From: an uncultured Rhodospirillaceae bacterium
GTDB taxonomy: Bacteria > Pseudomonadota > Alphaproteobacteria > UBA9219
Direction: 5' to 3'
Length of the DNA: 64,000 nt
Assembly (NCBI GenBank): GCA_964652235.1
Contig: CAZZDK010000005.1
Location: 29,922-93,921 of the forward strand
The notes beneath the pieces are model-generated. The model was not told the origin of the DNA. It saw only the letters and a program-made list of their open reading frames with translations, and searched no databases. This document shows, piece after piece, positions 45,499-55,020 of this stretch. The translations under genes and the position numbers were made by a program. The first letter of the stretch is position 1, and every line of letters begins with the position of its first letter.

Positions 45499-45996
45499 AT
45501 GGTTGCCAAAGAAAACATTCATATTCGCAAGGTTTCATCCCTTGCCGATTGCGAATCCATGTCGGTCTTGGCAGAGAAGCTTGCTCGCCATCACAACGAA
45601 GATTTGCGTCCCGATCCGCAAAAGCTTCTGGCGGACAAAGACTGGTTTTCGGCGGCTCTAGCCTCGATTGATGGCAAGGATATCGGTTTCGTTGGTTGGC
45701 ACAGGCTCTATGCCTGTCAATCGGCCACACGTTATTTCGAGCTGCAAAATCTCTACGTTGAGCCCGAATTCAGAGGACAGCTTGTGGCAGTCAAACTTGT
45801 TCTGGAGGTAGTCTTGGACGCCTTCGACAAAGGCGGAACGATAGGGATCGGTGTCCGCAAGGACAACCTTTCTGCGCTGGAGTTTTACAAAAAACTTGGC
45901 TGCACGGTCATTGATCGCAACGACCTCTGGCGTTGCCGCTGGAACCAAGAGAAAATGCGTGAGTTTGCTTCGTGGGCCGAAGAAATGTTCGCATAG
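45499..45996 (+). CDS. GNAT acetyltransferase (moron)
   Basis: LYVEPEFRGQ and ALEFYKKLG; wedged antisense between two neck genes. Confidence 0.8.
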   Translation: MVAKENIHIRKVSSLADCESMSVLAEKLARHHNEDLRPDPQKLLADKDWFSAALASIDGKDIGFVGWHRLYACQSATRYFELQNLYVEPEFRGQLVAVKLVLEVVLDAFDKGGTIGIGVRKDNLSALEFYKKLGCTVIDRNDLWRCRWNQEKMREFASWAEEMFA

Positions 45997-45997
45997 C

Positions 45998-46654
45998 CTA
46001 TTTCTCTGTAATCTCCTGCCAGTTTTGAACGACAAAGCGCGGCAATGCGTCGTTCCATTTCTTTTCGGCGCTGCCGATATCGAAGCGTTTCTTGATCGAG
46101 ACTTGCGGAACCAGCAGAAACATGATCGCCGTGGTCAGGCCGCGACCCGTTCGCATGGCCGTTGCGCTGGCCTTGGCAAAACCGCCGCGCTTGCCTGTTC
46201 GCGCGCGCATGTTGTCGGCGACCAGCAAGGAAACGGCACCGTGCCGATAAATGAACCGAAGCCGCTGCCCACGAACCTGCTCCCATGAAGCAGGCGTGAT
46301 CTTCTTGCCCATCGCGTATTTGCCCGCCGCAGGGGTCGGGATCGCCAGAAAGAAGCCCTTGCTGGATTTGATGATCGCGCCCCGCGCATAGACGTTCACG
46401 ATGTTCGGGGCTTTGCTGAACACAAAGCCCGCCGCGTTGATGCTGGCCTGTCCTTGCGGAAACACCATGCCGCGCCATGTGTTCGCTAACCTCTGGCCAA
46501 GTCCGGCGCTTGTGATCTGCCCGCGCAATTCCAGCTTGAGACCGTCCGTCGCTTGCCGCACGCCTTGCGTGACCGCACGCTCTGCCGCCTTGGTTTCTTG
46601 GGCCATGATCTTGGTCAGGCTACCCTGCAAGGCAGCCGCAAGGCGCAAGCTCAT
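45998..46654 (-). CDS. Neck/tail-completion protein (DUF6441-like)
   Basis: LKLELRGQITSAGLGQRLANTWR; position. Confidence 0.7.
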   Translation of the reverse strand: MSLRLAAALQGSLTKIMAQETKAAERAVTQGVRQATDGLKLELRGQITSAGLGQRLANTWRGMVFPQGQASINAAGFVFSKAPNIVNVYARGAIIKSSKGFFLAIPTPAAGKYAMGKKITPASWEQVRGQRLRFIYRHGAVSLLVADNMRARTGKRGGFAKASATAMRTGRGLTTAIMFLLVPQVSIKKRFDIGSAEKKWNDALPRFVVQNWQEITEK

Positions 46655-46968
46655 GCGGGCCTCGTGTTCAATGTCCAGATCAACCGCAAGGCATCGGCAA
46701 TTGGCTCGCCCTGCACGACATAATTCCGGCCCCCGATCAGGAATTGATCGTCCTCTTCGGGATCCTGTATTTCGATGACGCGCACGAGAAGAATGAGCGT
46801 TTCGGAAGCGATCCGAGCCTCGCCAAAAGACGCGACTTCGTCCGGTCGTTTCAGGATCACACGCACATCGGATCCAGCTCCGCCCGATGCGGGGAGATAG
46901 ACCGCATCGGCGGCGATGTTCGGATCCGCGAACAGATCGTCCATCGCCGCCGAGAAAGCGTCTTCCAT
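46651..46968 (-). CDS. Head-tail joining protein
   Basis: Position after the major capsid gene; LFADPN motif. Confidence 0.7.
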   Translation of the reverse strand: MEDAFSAAMDDLFADPNIAADAVYLPASGGAGSDVRVILKRPDEVASFGEARIASETLILLVRVIEIQDPEEDDQFLIGGRNYVVQGEPIADALRLIWTLNTRPA

Positions 46969-46971
46969 TGC

Positions 46972-47991
46972 TTACGTGCTGCTCATCAGCTGCACCGCGA
47001 GGCGGGGCCGCTTGTTAATCGGCAGGATCGAGGATTCCGTGCGGATCTCGATAGCCCCACCGTCCGGACGCGCCAACTGACGGGCATAGATCGGCAGACC
47101 GATGGTATTGACCGTCTCGATAAGGTTGGCAGGCGCGCCGTAGGTGACGAAGGTGTCGAGTGTGCCCAAGGGGAACGCGATGCCTTCGCCCGCCGGAACG
47201 AGCGTTTCCGCCGCGCCGGTCGAAAGCGTGACCGTGGCCGAGTATTCCTCGAACACAATGCCTCCGAACGGGAAGCGGCGACGAGCATCTTCGCGCAGAG
47301 GCTGCATGCCCGAGGCGTAGAACTTGTAGGCTTCTACGACCTTGGGATGTCCGATCAACTTGTCGAAGAACTCCGGCGAGACAAGCGCGAGAACGGAACT
47401 CATGCTCTCGCCCTTCAACTCCGTTTCGATCTTGCGCAAAACGTCGCGGATAATCGCTTGAATATCCGAAGCATCGTCGCCGAAATCGAAGTCCACGGAC
47501 AGGCGCGTGAGGCCGAACTCCGTGAAGTAGTTGTAAAGCGTAGTCCCCGCGCCGTCCCGCACCGTGCCGCGAAGCGCATTGATCTCCATGAACTCGCGGG
47601 TCTGGGCGTGCTTGGCGCGCATGCGGGTCAGCTTGCGTTCCATCAGAACGGCAAGCGGATCGCTGCTGTCCGCGCTGCCGAACCCGCGCACGCCTTGGAT
47701 GTCCTGCGGAGTGATGTTGTCGTCGTGCGGGATCCACGGCACGGTGAACGAGCGCATCGACCGGCTGTCGCGGTTGGCGACGGTCGAAGGCCCGCCCAAA
47801 GGCACGGTCGGCAGAAGGTTCAACACGCCTTCAGCCTGTTCGATCAGGACGGAACGCTGTGTGATGCCTTCGAACCGAAACAGGCCCATCTGGCCGAGGC
47901 GCGTGTAGATGTTCGGCAGGATGTTGATGGCCTGCGTCATTTCCGCAAGCGAATAGCCGCCTGCGTCAAAGGGATTGATGATGACAGTCAT
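46972..47991 (-). CDS. Major capsid protein (lambda gpE family)
   Basis: 339 aa; LTQAIN-like N-terminus, GAPA...ES..LP C-terminus. Confidence 0.9.
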   Translation of the reverse strand: MTVIINPFDAGGYSLAEMTQAINILPNIYTRLGQMGLFRFEGITQRSVLIEQAEGVLNLLPTVPLGGPSTVANRDSRSMRSFTVPWIPHDDNITPQDIQGVRGFGSADSSDPLAVLMERKLTRMRAKHAQTREFMEINALRGTVRDGAGTTLYNYFTEFGLTRLSVDFDFGDDASDIQAIIRDVLRKIETELKGESMSSVLALVSPEFFDKLIGHPKVVEAYKFYASGMQPLREDARRRFPFGGIVFEEYSATVTLSTGAAETLVPAGEGIAFPLGTLDTFVTYGAPANLIETVNTIGLPIYARQLARPDGGAIEIRTESSILPINKRPRLAVQLMSST

Positions 47992-48015
47992 AAGTTTCTC
48001 CAGAGGTTAGACATG

Positions 48016-48040
48016 AAAAAAACCGCCTTGAAGGCGGTTT
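48016..48040 (-). terminator. Intrinsic terminator between the decoration and major capsid genes
   Basis: 9-bp stem AAACCGCCT/AGGCGGTTT with T7 on the minus strand. Confidence 0.6.
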
Positions 48041-48062
48041 CGGGTGGGATATGAGAGGTCGC

Positions 48063-48452
48063 TTAGGCCGTGTCGCGGACGACAAGGCCGTGACTTGCAA
48101 GCTGGACGATCTTGGCCGCTTTCTCCGCCGCCAGATCGACGCTGGCGTCATAAGCCAAACGATCTTTCGACAGAATGATGGGGCCGCGAACCGCGACGAG
48201 ACCGACGGCATCCGCCGCTGTCGCGTCAACGATCTCCAGCAGAACGGCGCAGGCGTTTTCTGCGCCTTCGTCGCCCACGACCTCGGCTACAGGCGAAGCG
48301 CGATACTTGCCGGAAGCCGTGATCTTGCCCAGCACCGTGCCGATGGCATAGGAAGCGCCGGATTTGAGAGTCACGAACTCGCGGCTATAGCGCGGTTCAA
48401 GCTCGTATTTCACGAGATCGCCAAGCGTGGGGTTTTGCGTCAATGCAGTCAT
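48063..48452 (-). CDS. Head decoration protein (gpD-like)
   Basis: YSREFVTL...GTVLGKIT; position. Confidence 0.8.
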   Translation of the reverse strand: MTALTQNPTLGDLVKYELEPRYSREFVTLKSGASYAIGTVLGKITASGKYRASPVAEVVGDEGAENACAVLLEIVDATAADAVGLVAVRGPIILSKDRLAYDASVDLAAEKAAKIVQLASHGLVVRDTA

Positions 48453-48485
48453 GTTGAGTTTCTCCTTCGGGTTTGATGGTTAGGG

Positions 48486-49799
48486 TTACGCTTTGGCCTT
48501 ATCAGCCGCAGCGCGGGCGCGGCGGACGATGGGGCTGTCGGCAGACGTGGCTGTGGGGGCTGTCGCCGCTGCAACAACGCCGGTCGCGTTCGAACGCGCG
48601 GCCAACTCGTCGAGCACGGCGCGTCGCATGGCGTCGGGTTTCAGTCCCTTTGCCATCGCTTCGGCCACGTCGAGCGTTACGCCCAGTCTTGCGGCTTGTG
48701 CGGCGATTTGGGCCATTTCGGCGTAGCTTTCGCGCACTTTTTGCGTGACTTTCGCCTCAATCGCGGCTTGATCCGCCGTATCGGGGGCCGGTTCGGCTGC
48801 AGGTTGCGGCGGCGTAGGCGCAGGATCCGTTGCCGGAGCGGCGGGCGGCTGCTCGGGTTGCGGCGTTTCAACCTGCGTTTGCGCTTCGATTTTCTGAGGA
48901 TCGGCATTCATGAGTATGTCCTTTCGGCTTGTTGAGAGTTGAGAAAACGTCGACATGACGGAAGACCCCAAGGCGGCAAGCGCCGCCTCGCGGCTCATCA
49001 CGGCATCGGCAAGCTGAGCGTCGAGCGCGGACGCGCCGCGATAGACGCCTGCTTCGGTGCCGCGAACAGTTTCGGCCTGAAGGCCGCGATTTTTCGAGAC
49101 AAGAGCGACGAAGGCGGCATAAAGCCCATCGACATCGGCCTGGATTTCCTCGCGCGCGCGGTCGGCCAAAGGCTCATGCGGATTGCCATCGACCTTGCGT
49201 TCGCCCGCATAGATGAAGTTCCATGCAAGACCGGCTTGTTCGTCCGCGCCGCTTTCATCGACATGGACGGCGACAACGCCGATGGAACCGACTTCCGCCG
49301 TTTGCGTCAAAACGATCTTGTCGGCGCACGACGCGATGGCATAGGCCGCCGACAATGCGCCCTCATGGGCCAAAGCCCAGAGCGGCTTGCCATATTGCGC
49401 CTTCAGCGCCGCAATCTTGTCGCACAAATCAAAAAGGCCCCCGACTTCGCCGCCGGGGGAGTCGATCTCGAGCAAAACGGCTCGGGCGGACGGATCGGCA
49501 AAGGCGCTTTCGATGTTCTGCCCGACTTCCGCATAGCTGGTAAGACCGCTGAGAGCCGCAAAGTAACCGGAGCGCGTGACAAGCGTGCCAAAGACCGGAA
49601 CAACGGCCACGCCTTCGGATGTGATCTGCAAATCCCCGTCGTCACCGGGCGCGTTCTCGCCGCCCAGCGTCAAGGTCTCGCCGCCAGCTCCCGTCAGGCG
49701 CGGGCCGAGGACGGAAAGCAGCACGTCGAGTTTGGGCCGCGCCAGCATCAACGGCGCGCCAAACACGCGGGCGGCAATATGCGGAAGATCGTTCATCAT
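48486..49799 (-). CDS. S49 capsid maturation protease with scaffold tail (gpC/Nu3-like)
   Basis: DSPGGE, SAAYAIAS, VGSIGV and KVDGNP motifs; Pro/Ala-rich C-terminus. Confidence 0.9.
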   Translation of the reverse strand: MMNDLPHIAARVFGAPLMLARPKLDVLLSVLGPRLTGAGGETLTLGGENAPGDDGDLQITSEGVAVVPVFGTLVTRSGYFAALSGLTSYAEVGQNIESAFADPSARAVLLEIDSPGGEVGGLFDLCDKIAALKAQYGKPLWALAHEGALSAAYAIASCADKIVLTQTAEVGSIGVVAVHVDESGADEQAGLAWNFIYAGERKVDGNPHEPLADRAREEIQADVDGLYAAFVALVSKNRGLQAETVRGTEAGVYRGASALDAQLADAVMSREAALAALGSSVMSTFSQLSTSRKDILMNADPQKIEAQTQVETPQPEQPPAAPATDPAPTPPQPAAEPAPDTADQAAIEAKVTQKVRESYAEMAQIAAQAARLGVTLDVAEAMAKGLKPDAMRRAVLDELAARSNATGVVAAATAPTATSADSPIVRRARAAADKAKA

Positions 49800-51292
49800 G
49801 TCGTTTGCTGTTCCTCAATGGGTTGGTTGTTTTGCTCATCCTGCGGCGCATCAGGCTGCGGCGCTGGCAAAGCCTTCGTTTCCTGAAAGGAAATCCCCAG
49901 CTGCGCTTCTTGCTGCCTTTCCGCCGCGATCTCGGCGTTGACCTGCGCGATGTCGTAGCCGCGCTCGGCGATGGCCTGCGTCCGGCTTTTGAGTCCTGCG
50001 TTGATCTGCGCGATTTCGGCATTGGCATCCTTGAGCGGATCGACCCAGTCCCACTTGGGCGGCAACCAGTCGCAACCCAGATAATCCGCACGTTTGGCCT
50101 CAAAGTTGCGGATCGTCAGCGCGCCCGACAGAACGGCCATATCCATCCAGCGTTCCCAAACGCGGCGGCACAACTGCCAAACCATGACCGAGTGCTGCCA
50201 CGCGCCCACGCGCCGCCGAAACTCGAGCAAAGCCATACGGGAGTTTGAATAGTTCGCCTTCAGCATGTCGCCGGAGACGTAGGCGTAAGGCACGCCCGTC
50301 GCTGCCGAGATTTGCAGGATCGTGCGGTATTGAAACGGCTCATAGGTCTGGCCGACATCGGCTGGCGACGAGGTTTGAACCTCTTCGCCGGGTTCCAGCA
50401 TCGTGACCTGACCCGGCTGCACGTCCATGATGCGTTCGCCGTTTTCGTCTTCTTGCTCCGCCGTATCGAACGGTTCGTTCGGCGCAGGCGTCGTGATGAA
50501 GAGCGCGTACATGGCCGCGACCTTCTTGCGGTCAAGTTCCGCATCGTCATACTGATCCAGAAGAAACAGCTTCACGATAGCGGGAGCCAGACGCGAGACG
50601 CCGCGCAACTGGCCAGCATCTGCCGCATCCATCAGATGCATGACATTTAAGGCCGGGATGCGCACCGTTTCGCTTGTCAGGTCTGGTTGCGTCAGGTCGC
50701 CGGGATGGCGGCGCAGGAAATGATACGCCACGCGCCGCCCGTTGCCGTCGAACTCAATCCCGCACCGGATGACGTTGCCGCTCGCAAGTACCTCGTTTTT
50801 GGTCAAAGGCAGCATTTCTGTCGGCAGAAGCTGTAATTGAAGCGGCACCGGCAAGCCAAGCGATGGAGAAACGGGCCGAAAGACGAAAAACGTCTCGCCC
50901 GTGATGAACATCTCCCGAGCGGCGCGGCGTTGCAGGCCGTAAAAGTCAGTCAGCCCTTCCGCATCGGCGTAATCCGTCCAGCTGCACCACAGTTCCATGA
51001 CACGGTTTTTAAGCCGCGCGTTGGCAATCTTGCTCGACGGGGTAATTCCGTCGCCTACGGCGTTACCCGTCCAGCTTTCGGCTGCGTTTGTGGCATAGCC
51101 GTTGTTCCGAACAAGATAACGTGCCCGCGCCGTAATCGTAGGCCCGGCACTGACCAGAAGCGTGTTCAGATGGAGGCGCGAGGGTTGAAACGTCCGTAGG
51201 CGCCTGTTGCCTTGGGAGGCCTCGAAGCCCCCCGTCGAGAGCGAGCCAAAGGCCCCGCGCCAGACGCGCGTGATGTTTGATAGCAGCCCCAT
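49796..51292 (-). CDS. Portal protein, lambda family
   Basis: RARYLVRNN, ANYSNSR and WVDPLKD motifs. Confidence 0.92.
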   Translation of the reverse strand: MGLLSNITRVWRGAFGSLSTGGFEASQGNRRLRTFQPSRLHLNTLLVSAGPTITARARYLVRNNGYATNAAESWTGNAVGDGITPSSKIANARLKNRVMELWCSWTDYADAEGLTDFYGLQRRAAREMFITGETFFVFRPVSPSLGLPVPLQLQLLPTEMLPLTKNEVLASGNVIRCGIEFDGNGRRVAYHFLRRHPGDLTQPDLTSETVRIPALNVMHLMDAADAGQLRGVSRLAPAIVKLFLLDQYDDAELDRKKVAAMYALFITTPAPNEPFDTAEQEDENGERIMDVQPGQVTMLEPGEEVQTSSPADVGQTYEPFQYRTILQISAATGVPYAYVSGDMLKANYSNSRMALLEFRRRVGAWQHSVMVWQLCRRVWERWMDMAVLSGALTIRNFEAKRADYLGCDWLPPKWDWVDPLKDANAEIAQINAGLKSRTQAIAERGYDIAQVNAEIAAERQQEAQLGISFQETKALPAPQPDAPQDEQNNQPIEEQQTT

Positions 51293-51293
51293 C

Positions 51294-51506
51294 TTAAAGC
51301 CCCTTGCTGCCCGACGTCAGGACACGACGGCGCGGTTTGCCGCTTTCGAGAACGGCGATACGTTTTTCCAGATCGGTAATGGCCGAAGCCATTTCGGCAT
51401 CCGTCGCGTAGGAGATACGGCGGCCCTCGACATCGATGCTGCGCACCCCGCGCCAGCGCGCGGCGAGCAACGCCTCAAGGCGCGCTTTCATGTCGTCAAG
51501 GGTCAT
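51294..51506 (-). CDS. gpW-like head-to-tail adaptor
   Basis: 70 aa between terminase and portal; GRRISY motif. Confidence 0.75.
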   Translation of the reverse strand: MTLDDMKARLEALLAARWRGVRSIDVEGRRISYATDAEMASAITDLEKRIAVLESGKPRRRVLTSGSKGL

Positions 51507-51510
51507 TGGC

Positions 51511-53475
51511 CTATCTCAAATAAGATGAATGAAACGTCCGCCGTTTGCTTGGCGGCTTGCGGCGCAACACGCCTGCGTTGCGCGGATACTCTTCTGTATC
51601 CGCGATCTCTCGCTCTTCCGCCGCGACTTGCGCTTCAAGTTCTTTCCACCGCGCTTCCGAAAAGCGGTCGATACCGACAATCCAAGCGGCTGCGCGAGCG
51701 TAAACGCGGCAGTCGAGAGCTTCGTTGCGTTCCCGCAGTTTCTGCCATTCCAACCGCGAGAAACCGCGTTTTGTTTTAACGGTGACAAGTTGCTCCGCCG
51801 TCAGTTGTTTGATCCATTCGCTGTCGATGCCTTCGGGCAGATGCACCGTGCCGGGCGGAAACAAAGCGCCGTCCTCGATCTCTTCGGCTGTCGGGCGGAC
51901 AAGGCGCAGGAAACGATAGGTCTCTGTTTTGAACGTCGACCCCGCGACAATCCAGAGCTTCGCGCCACGTCGGATTTTGCGTCCGCCTTCGCTGACATCC
52001 ACATAAGTCGGGCCGGTCACAGGGCTGGCGCGGTTGAACCCTTCCGCGCCTTTGACGGCCATAACCTGAGCGCCGCCCATCTTGCGCGTCCACGCATAGA
52101 CGGCAGGAGCTTCATAGCCGGAGTCCACAGCCAGCTTGCCAATGGTCAGATGCGGGCCGTTTTCATGCGGCCATGTTTGCGTCAGCAGTTGCGCCAGCGC
52201 ATCCCAAGCAACAGGATCGTCCGGCCCGCCGGGAATGACGATGTGATCGACAAGCCAGCTTTCAAAGCCGCGCCCCCACGCCCAGACATCGGCTTCGATG
52301 CGGTCTTTTTGAACGTCCGCGCCTGCGGTCAGGAACAGGCCTCCTTTGGGAACTCTTCCCAGACGATAGGGCTCGCGACGCTCGCACAAGATTTGCCAAT
52401 CAGGCGCTTCGCCGCTTTCGACCCATGTCTCGCCGAGCACGCTGTTCTTGAAGCCTTTCATCGCCTCGTCATTTCCCTGCGCCACTTCCCAATCGCGGGC
52501 AATGCGCTCCCAGCTCAGCCAGCCGTGCGGCGAATACAAGCTGGAGATATGGTAACCAACTGTCAGCGGATCGGCGCTGACAGCCGTCGCGCGCCATTCC
52601 CCATGCTCCAGCATGAAGGTTTTATGGCGCTCATTGATCTGCGCCTCGCAATGTTCGCAGTGATAGGCGACCGTTTCCGGTTTGCCTTTCTCCCAGTGCA
52701 GCCTTTCGAACTGCAAAACCTGCTTGTGGCTGCAAAACGGGCAAGGGATGAAATATTTGCGCTTGTCGCTGGCCTCGTATTCGCGCTCGATGCGCGAGAT
52801 GCCTTTGATTGTCGGCGTCGAGCACAAGAATACTTTGCGTCGCCACGCGAAGGTGCGCGTCCGAGCTTCGGCCAGCGCGACAGGATCGCCTTCTTCGCCT
52901 GCGCTGGCGGGATAAGCGTCCACTTCGTCCAGAAACAGATAGCGCGCGGGCATTGAGCGCAAACCGACTGCGCTGTTCGCGCCCGTCATGACCAGAATGC
53001 CGCCGGGAAACTCTTTCGATAAAATCGTATTGCCGCTATCCCGCGCCCGCGCAGGCGCCACGCGCTCGCGGAGCACTACGCTTTCCTCGATCAAAGGATC
53101 GATGCGCTGTTGGCTAAAACGCCGCGCAAGCTCGACGGTCGGCTGCACGGCCAGCATTGGGCCGGGAGCGTGATGGATGACATAGCCGATGAAGTTATTA
53201 CCGCACTCAGATCCGCCGAGCTGCGCCCCTTTCATCAGCGCAATGCGCTGATACGGCGAGGACGGCGACAAGGAATCCATGATCTCGCGCAAGTATGGCG
53301 TACGGCTCGTGCGCCACGGCCCAGCCTCGTTTGCGCCGCGCGGCGATAAAATACGGTTTTCGTCCGCCCAGCTCGAAACCGTGTGGTTTGGATCCGGCGT
53401 AAGCCCGTCCATCCAGCCGCGCAGGATCGCATCCGCGCCATCGAACGAGGCGAGCGTTTCATTTATGACGATCAT
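51511..53475 (-). CDS. Terminase large subunit (GpA family)
   Basis: RTPYLREIMD, KGAQLGGSE, LDEVDAY, STPT and NEALDCRVYA motifs. Confidence 0.95.
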   Translation of the reverse strand: MIVINETLASFDGADAILRGWMDGLTPDPNHTVSSWADENRILSPRGANEAGPWRTSRTPYLREIMDSLSPSSPYQRIALMKGAQLGGSECGNNFIGYVIHHAPGPMLAVQPTVELARRFSQQRIDPLIEESVVLRERVAPARARDSGNTILSKEFPGGILVMTGANSAVGLRSMPARYLFLDEVDAYPASAGEEGDPVALAEARTRTFAWRRKVFLCSTPTIKGISRIEREYEASDKRKYFIPCPFCSHKQVLQFERLHWEKGKPETVAYHCEHCEAQINERHKTFMLEHGEWRATAVSADPLTVGYHISSLYSPHGWLSWERIARDWEVAQGNDEAMKGFKNSVLGETWVESGEAPDWQILCERREPYRLGRVPKGGLFLTAGADVQKDRIEADVWAWGRGFESWLVDHIVIPGGPDDPVAWDALAQLLTQTWPHENGPHLTIGKLAVDSGYEAPAVYAWTRKMGGAQVMAVKGAEGFNRASPVTGPTYVDVSEGGRKIRRGAKLWIVAGSTFKTETYRFLRLVRPTAEEIEDGALFPPGTVHLPEGIDSEWIKQLTAEQLVTVKTKRGFSRLEWQKLRERNEALDCRVYARAAAWIVGIDRFSEARWKELEAQVAAEEREIADTEEYPRNAGVLRRKPPSKRRTFHSSYLR

Positions 53476-54008
53476 GCGCGAAGGTCGATCTTGATGTCAG
53501 CGAGTTGTCCTAAATGCTCGCGCACGAACTTCTCAAGGGCGGTTTGCACAAGGTGCGTGTCTACGCCGATCTCGGATGCCAAAGCCGCCGCCACGCGGGT
53601 CGGCCACATTTGCCAGGCATCACGTTCCTGCCGCGCAAGTTGATAAACAAGCACTGTCGCCAAAGAACGGTCGATCAGTTCCCCTTTAAGTTTTTGAACG
53701 CGCAGTTTGCGCTCTTGGGCTTTGAGGACTTCATTCGCGGTTCGCGCCTGAACAAAATTGCCCCCGCCGCTGACCGCGTGCCCTGCCTCTTGCAAAGTTT
53801 CTTGCATCGATTGGATGGCAACCTTTGGGACACGTTTCTTGCCGCGCACCTGAGACGGATCCGTATTAACGCGCAATGCGGCAAGCGCTTTCTCGGGGTC
53901 GATTGTCCCATCGGCTTCAGGCGAGATGCGCCCCGATGCGATAGCTTTTTGCACCGCGCCGCGACTTTTGCCCCACCGGTCGGCGAATTGTCGTTGACTG
54001 ACTCCCAT
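53472..54008 (-). CDS. Terminase small subunit (Nu1-like)
   Basis: N-terminal HTH SQRQFA...VQKAI, coiled coil LKGELIDR; ATGA-coupled to TerL. Confidence 0.8.
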   Translation of the reverse strand: MGVSQRQFADRWGKSRGAVQKAIASGRISPEADGTIDPEKALAALRVNTDPSQVRGKKRVPKVAIQSMQETLQEAGHAVSGGGNFVQARTANEVLKAQERKLRVQKLKGELIDRSLATVLVYQLARQERDAWQMWPTRVAAALASEIGVDTHLVQTALEKFVREHLGQLADIKIDLRA

Positions 54009-54092
54009 ATGTCATTTTCCTGCGCCCCAGCGTCCCCGCGCTGCGATCATCAAATGATCGGAAGTAGCCGAAGAAAGCCATCTGATTGCTCA

Positions 54093-54129
54093 TAATTGAG
54101 TGGATAAACGCTGCGAATGAAGCGTTCAT
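54093..54129 (+). promoter_or_regulatory. Repeated 37-bp upstream element, copy 1
   Basis: TAATTGAGTGGATAA-N13-AGCGTTCAT. Confidence 0.7.
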
Positions 54130-54165
54130 GCCCTTGTTAAACCATAAGTTCTAAGGAGAACGCGC

Positions 54166-54552
54166 ATGTCCAAAAAGACCACAAAACAAGGCAAATCCAA
54201 GCCTAAGACCATCGTCAAGGCCGCGATCAAAACCAAGGCCCAAAGCAACGGCAAACCAACCAACGATGAGGCGTTGTCCGCGCCGATGCAGGCTGGACTC
54301 GCCGCAGTCGCCGCCATGAATCCGACAAACGATGCGCCTGCGCGGGAGACGAAACTCACGAAGGTTATCGAACTGTTAAGCCGCCCCGAAGGCGCGACCA
54401 TCGAGCAGCTTGTCGACGCGACGGGCTGGCAAAAACACACGGTGCGTTCGGCGATATCTCACGCGCTCGGCAAGAAACGTGGTTACCTAATCGTTTCCGA
54501 AAAGCCGAAAGACGGCAAACGCGTTTATAAAGTCGCACCGCCTAAGCCATGA
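54166..54552 (+). CDS. DUF3489-type winged-helix protein
   Basis: ETKL...LLSRPEGATIEQLVDATGWQKHTVRSAIS. Confidence 0.85.
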   Translation: MSKKTTKQGKSKPKTIVKAAIKTKAQSNGKPTNDEALSAPMQAGLAAVAAMNPTNDAPARETKLTKVIELLSRPEGATIEQLVDATGWQKHTVRSAISHALGKKRGYLIVSEKPKDGKRVYKVAPPKP

Positions 54553-54564
54553 AACGATCCGTGC

Positions 54565-54597
54565 GCGCCGGTTGATTATCTAACAATCAACCGGCGC
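54565..54597 (+). terminator. Perfect 13-bp hairpin after the DUF3489 gene
   Basis: GCGCCGGTTGATT-atctaac-AATCAACCGGCGC. Confidence 0.6.
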
Positions 54598-54621
54598 TTA
54601 TCTTCGCAATCATATGATCTC

Positions 54622-54658
54622 TAATTGAGTGGATAATCTTGCGACGAAGAGCGATCAT
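54622..54658 (+). promoter_or_regulatory. Repeated 37-bp upstream element, copy 2
   Basis: TAATTGAGTGGATAA-N13-AGCGATCAT. Confidence 0.7.
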
Positions 54659-54695
54659 CACCATGTAATGAGAAACGCATTTATTGGAGGTCATT

Positions 54696-55013
54696 ATGCA
54701 AAACAACAACCCGCTTCCCACCGCAAACCCTCAGTGGGGCTTTTGGGGAACAAGCGTCCGCAGCGACTACGATGCGCCGATGGTTTGGAAGGCGATGAGC
54801 AAACTGCTTGCGGAGCGTTTCGATCTGACGCCTGAACATACGCGCGATCTTCTTGATGCGCGGTTCGGTCGCCATCTTGCCGACGAGTTGAGCTTCATCA
54901 AAGGCGGCCCTGCGAGTCCCGAAGCGATTGCCGAACACATCGACAACATTTTGAAAAACAGGAGCTGGCGGAATTACTTCCGTAAAGCCATCAACGATAC
55001 CAAAGCAGCGTGA
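54696..55013 (+). CDS. Phage hypothetical protein
   Basis: GGAGG RBS; PTANPQWGFWGT...LDARFGRHLAD. Confidence 0.7.
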   Translation: MQNNNPLPTANPQWGFWGTSVRSDYDAPMVWKAMSKLLAERFDLTPEHTRDLLDARFGRHLADELSFIKGGPASPEAIAEHIDNILKNRSWRNYFRKAINDTKAA

Positions 55014-55020
55014 GGCGACC

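Noticed and set aside
30807-45996. GNATs as AtaT/TacT/ItaT-type tRNA-acetylating toxins paired with the extra IleRS
   Set aside because: Attractive because ItaT targets Ile-tRNA, but no adjacent RHH antitoxin genes are present and the sequences do not show the toxin-family pattern.
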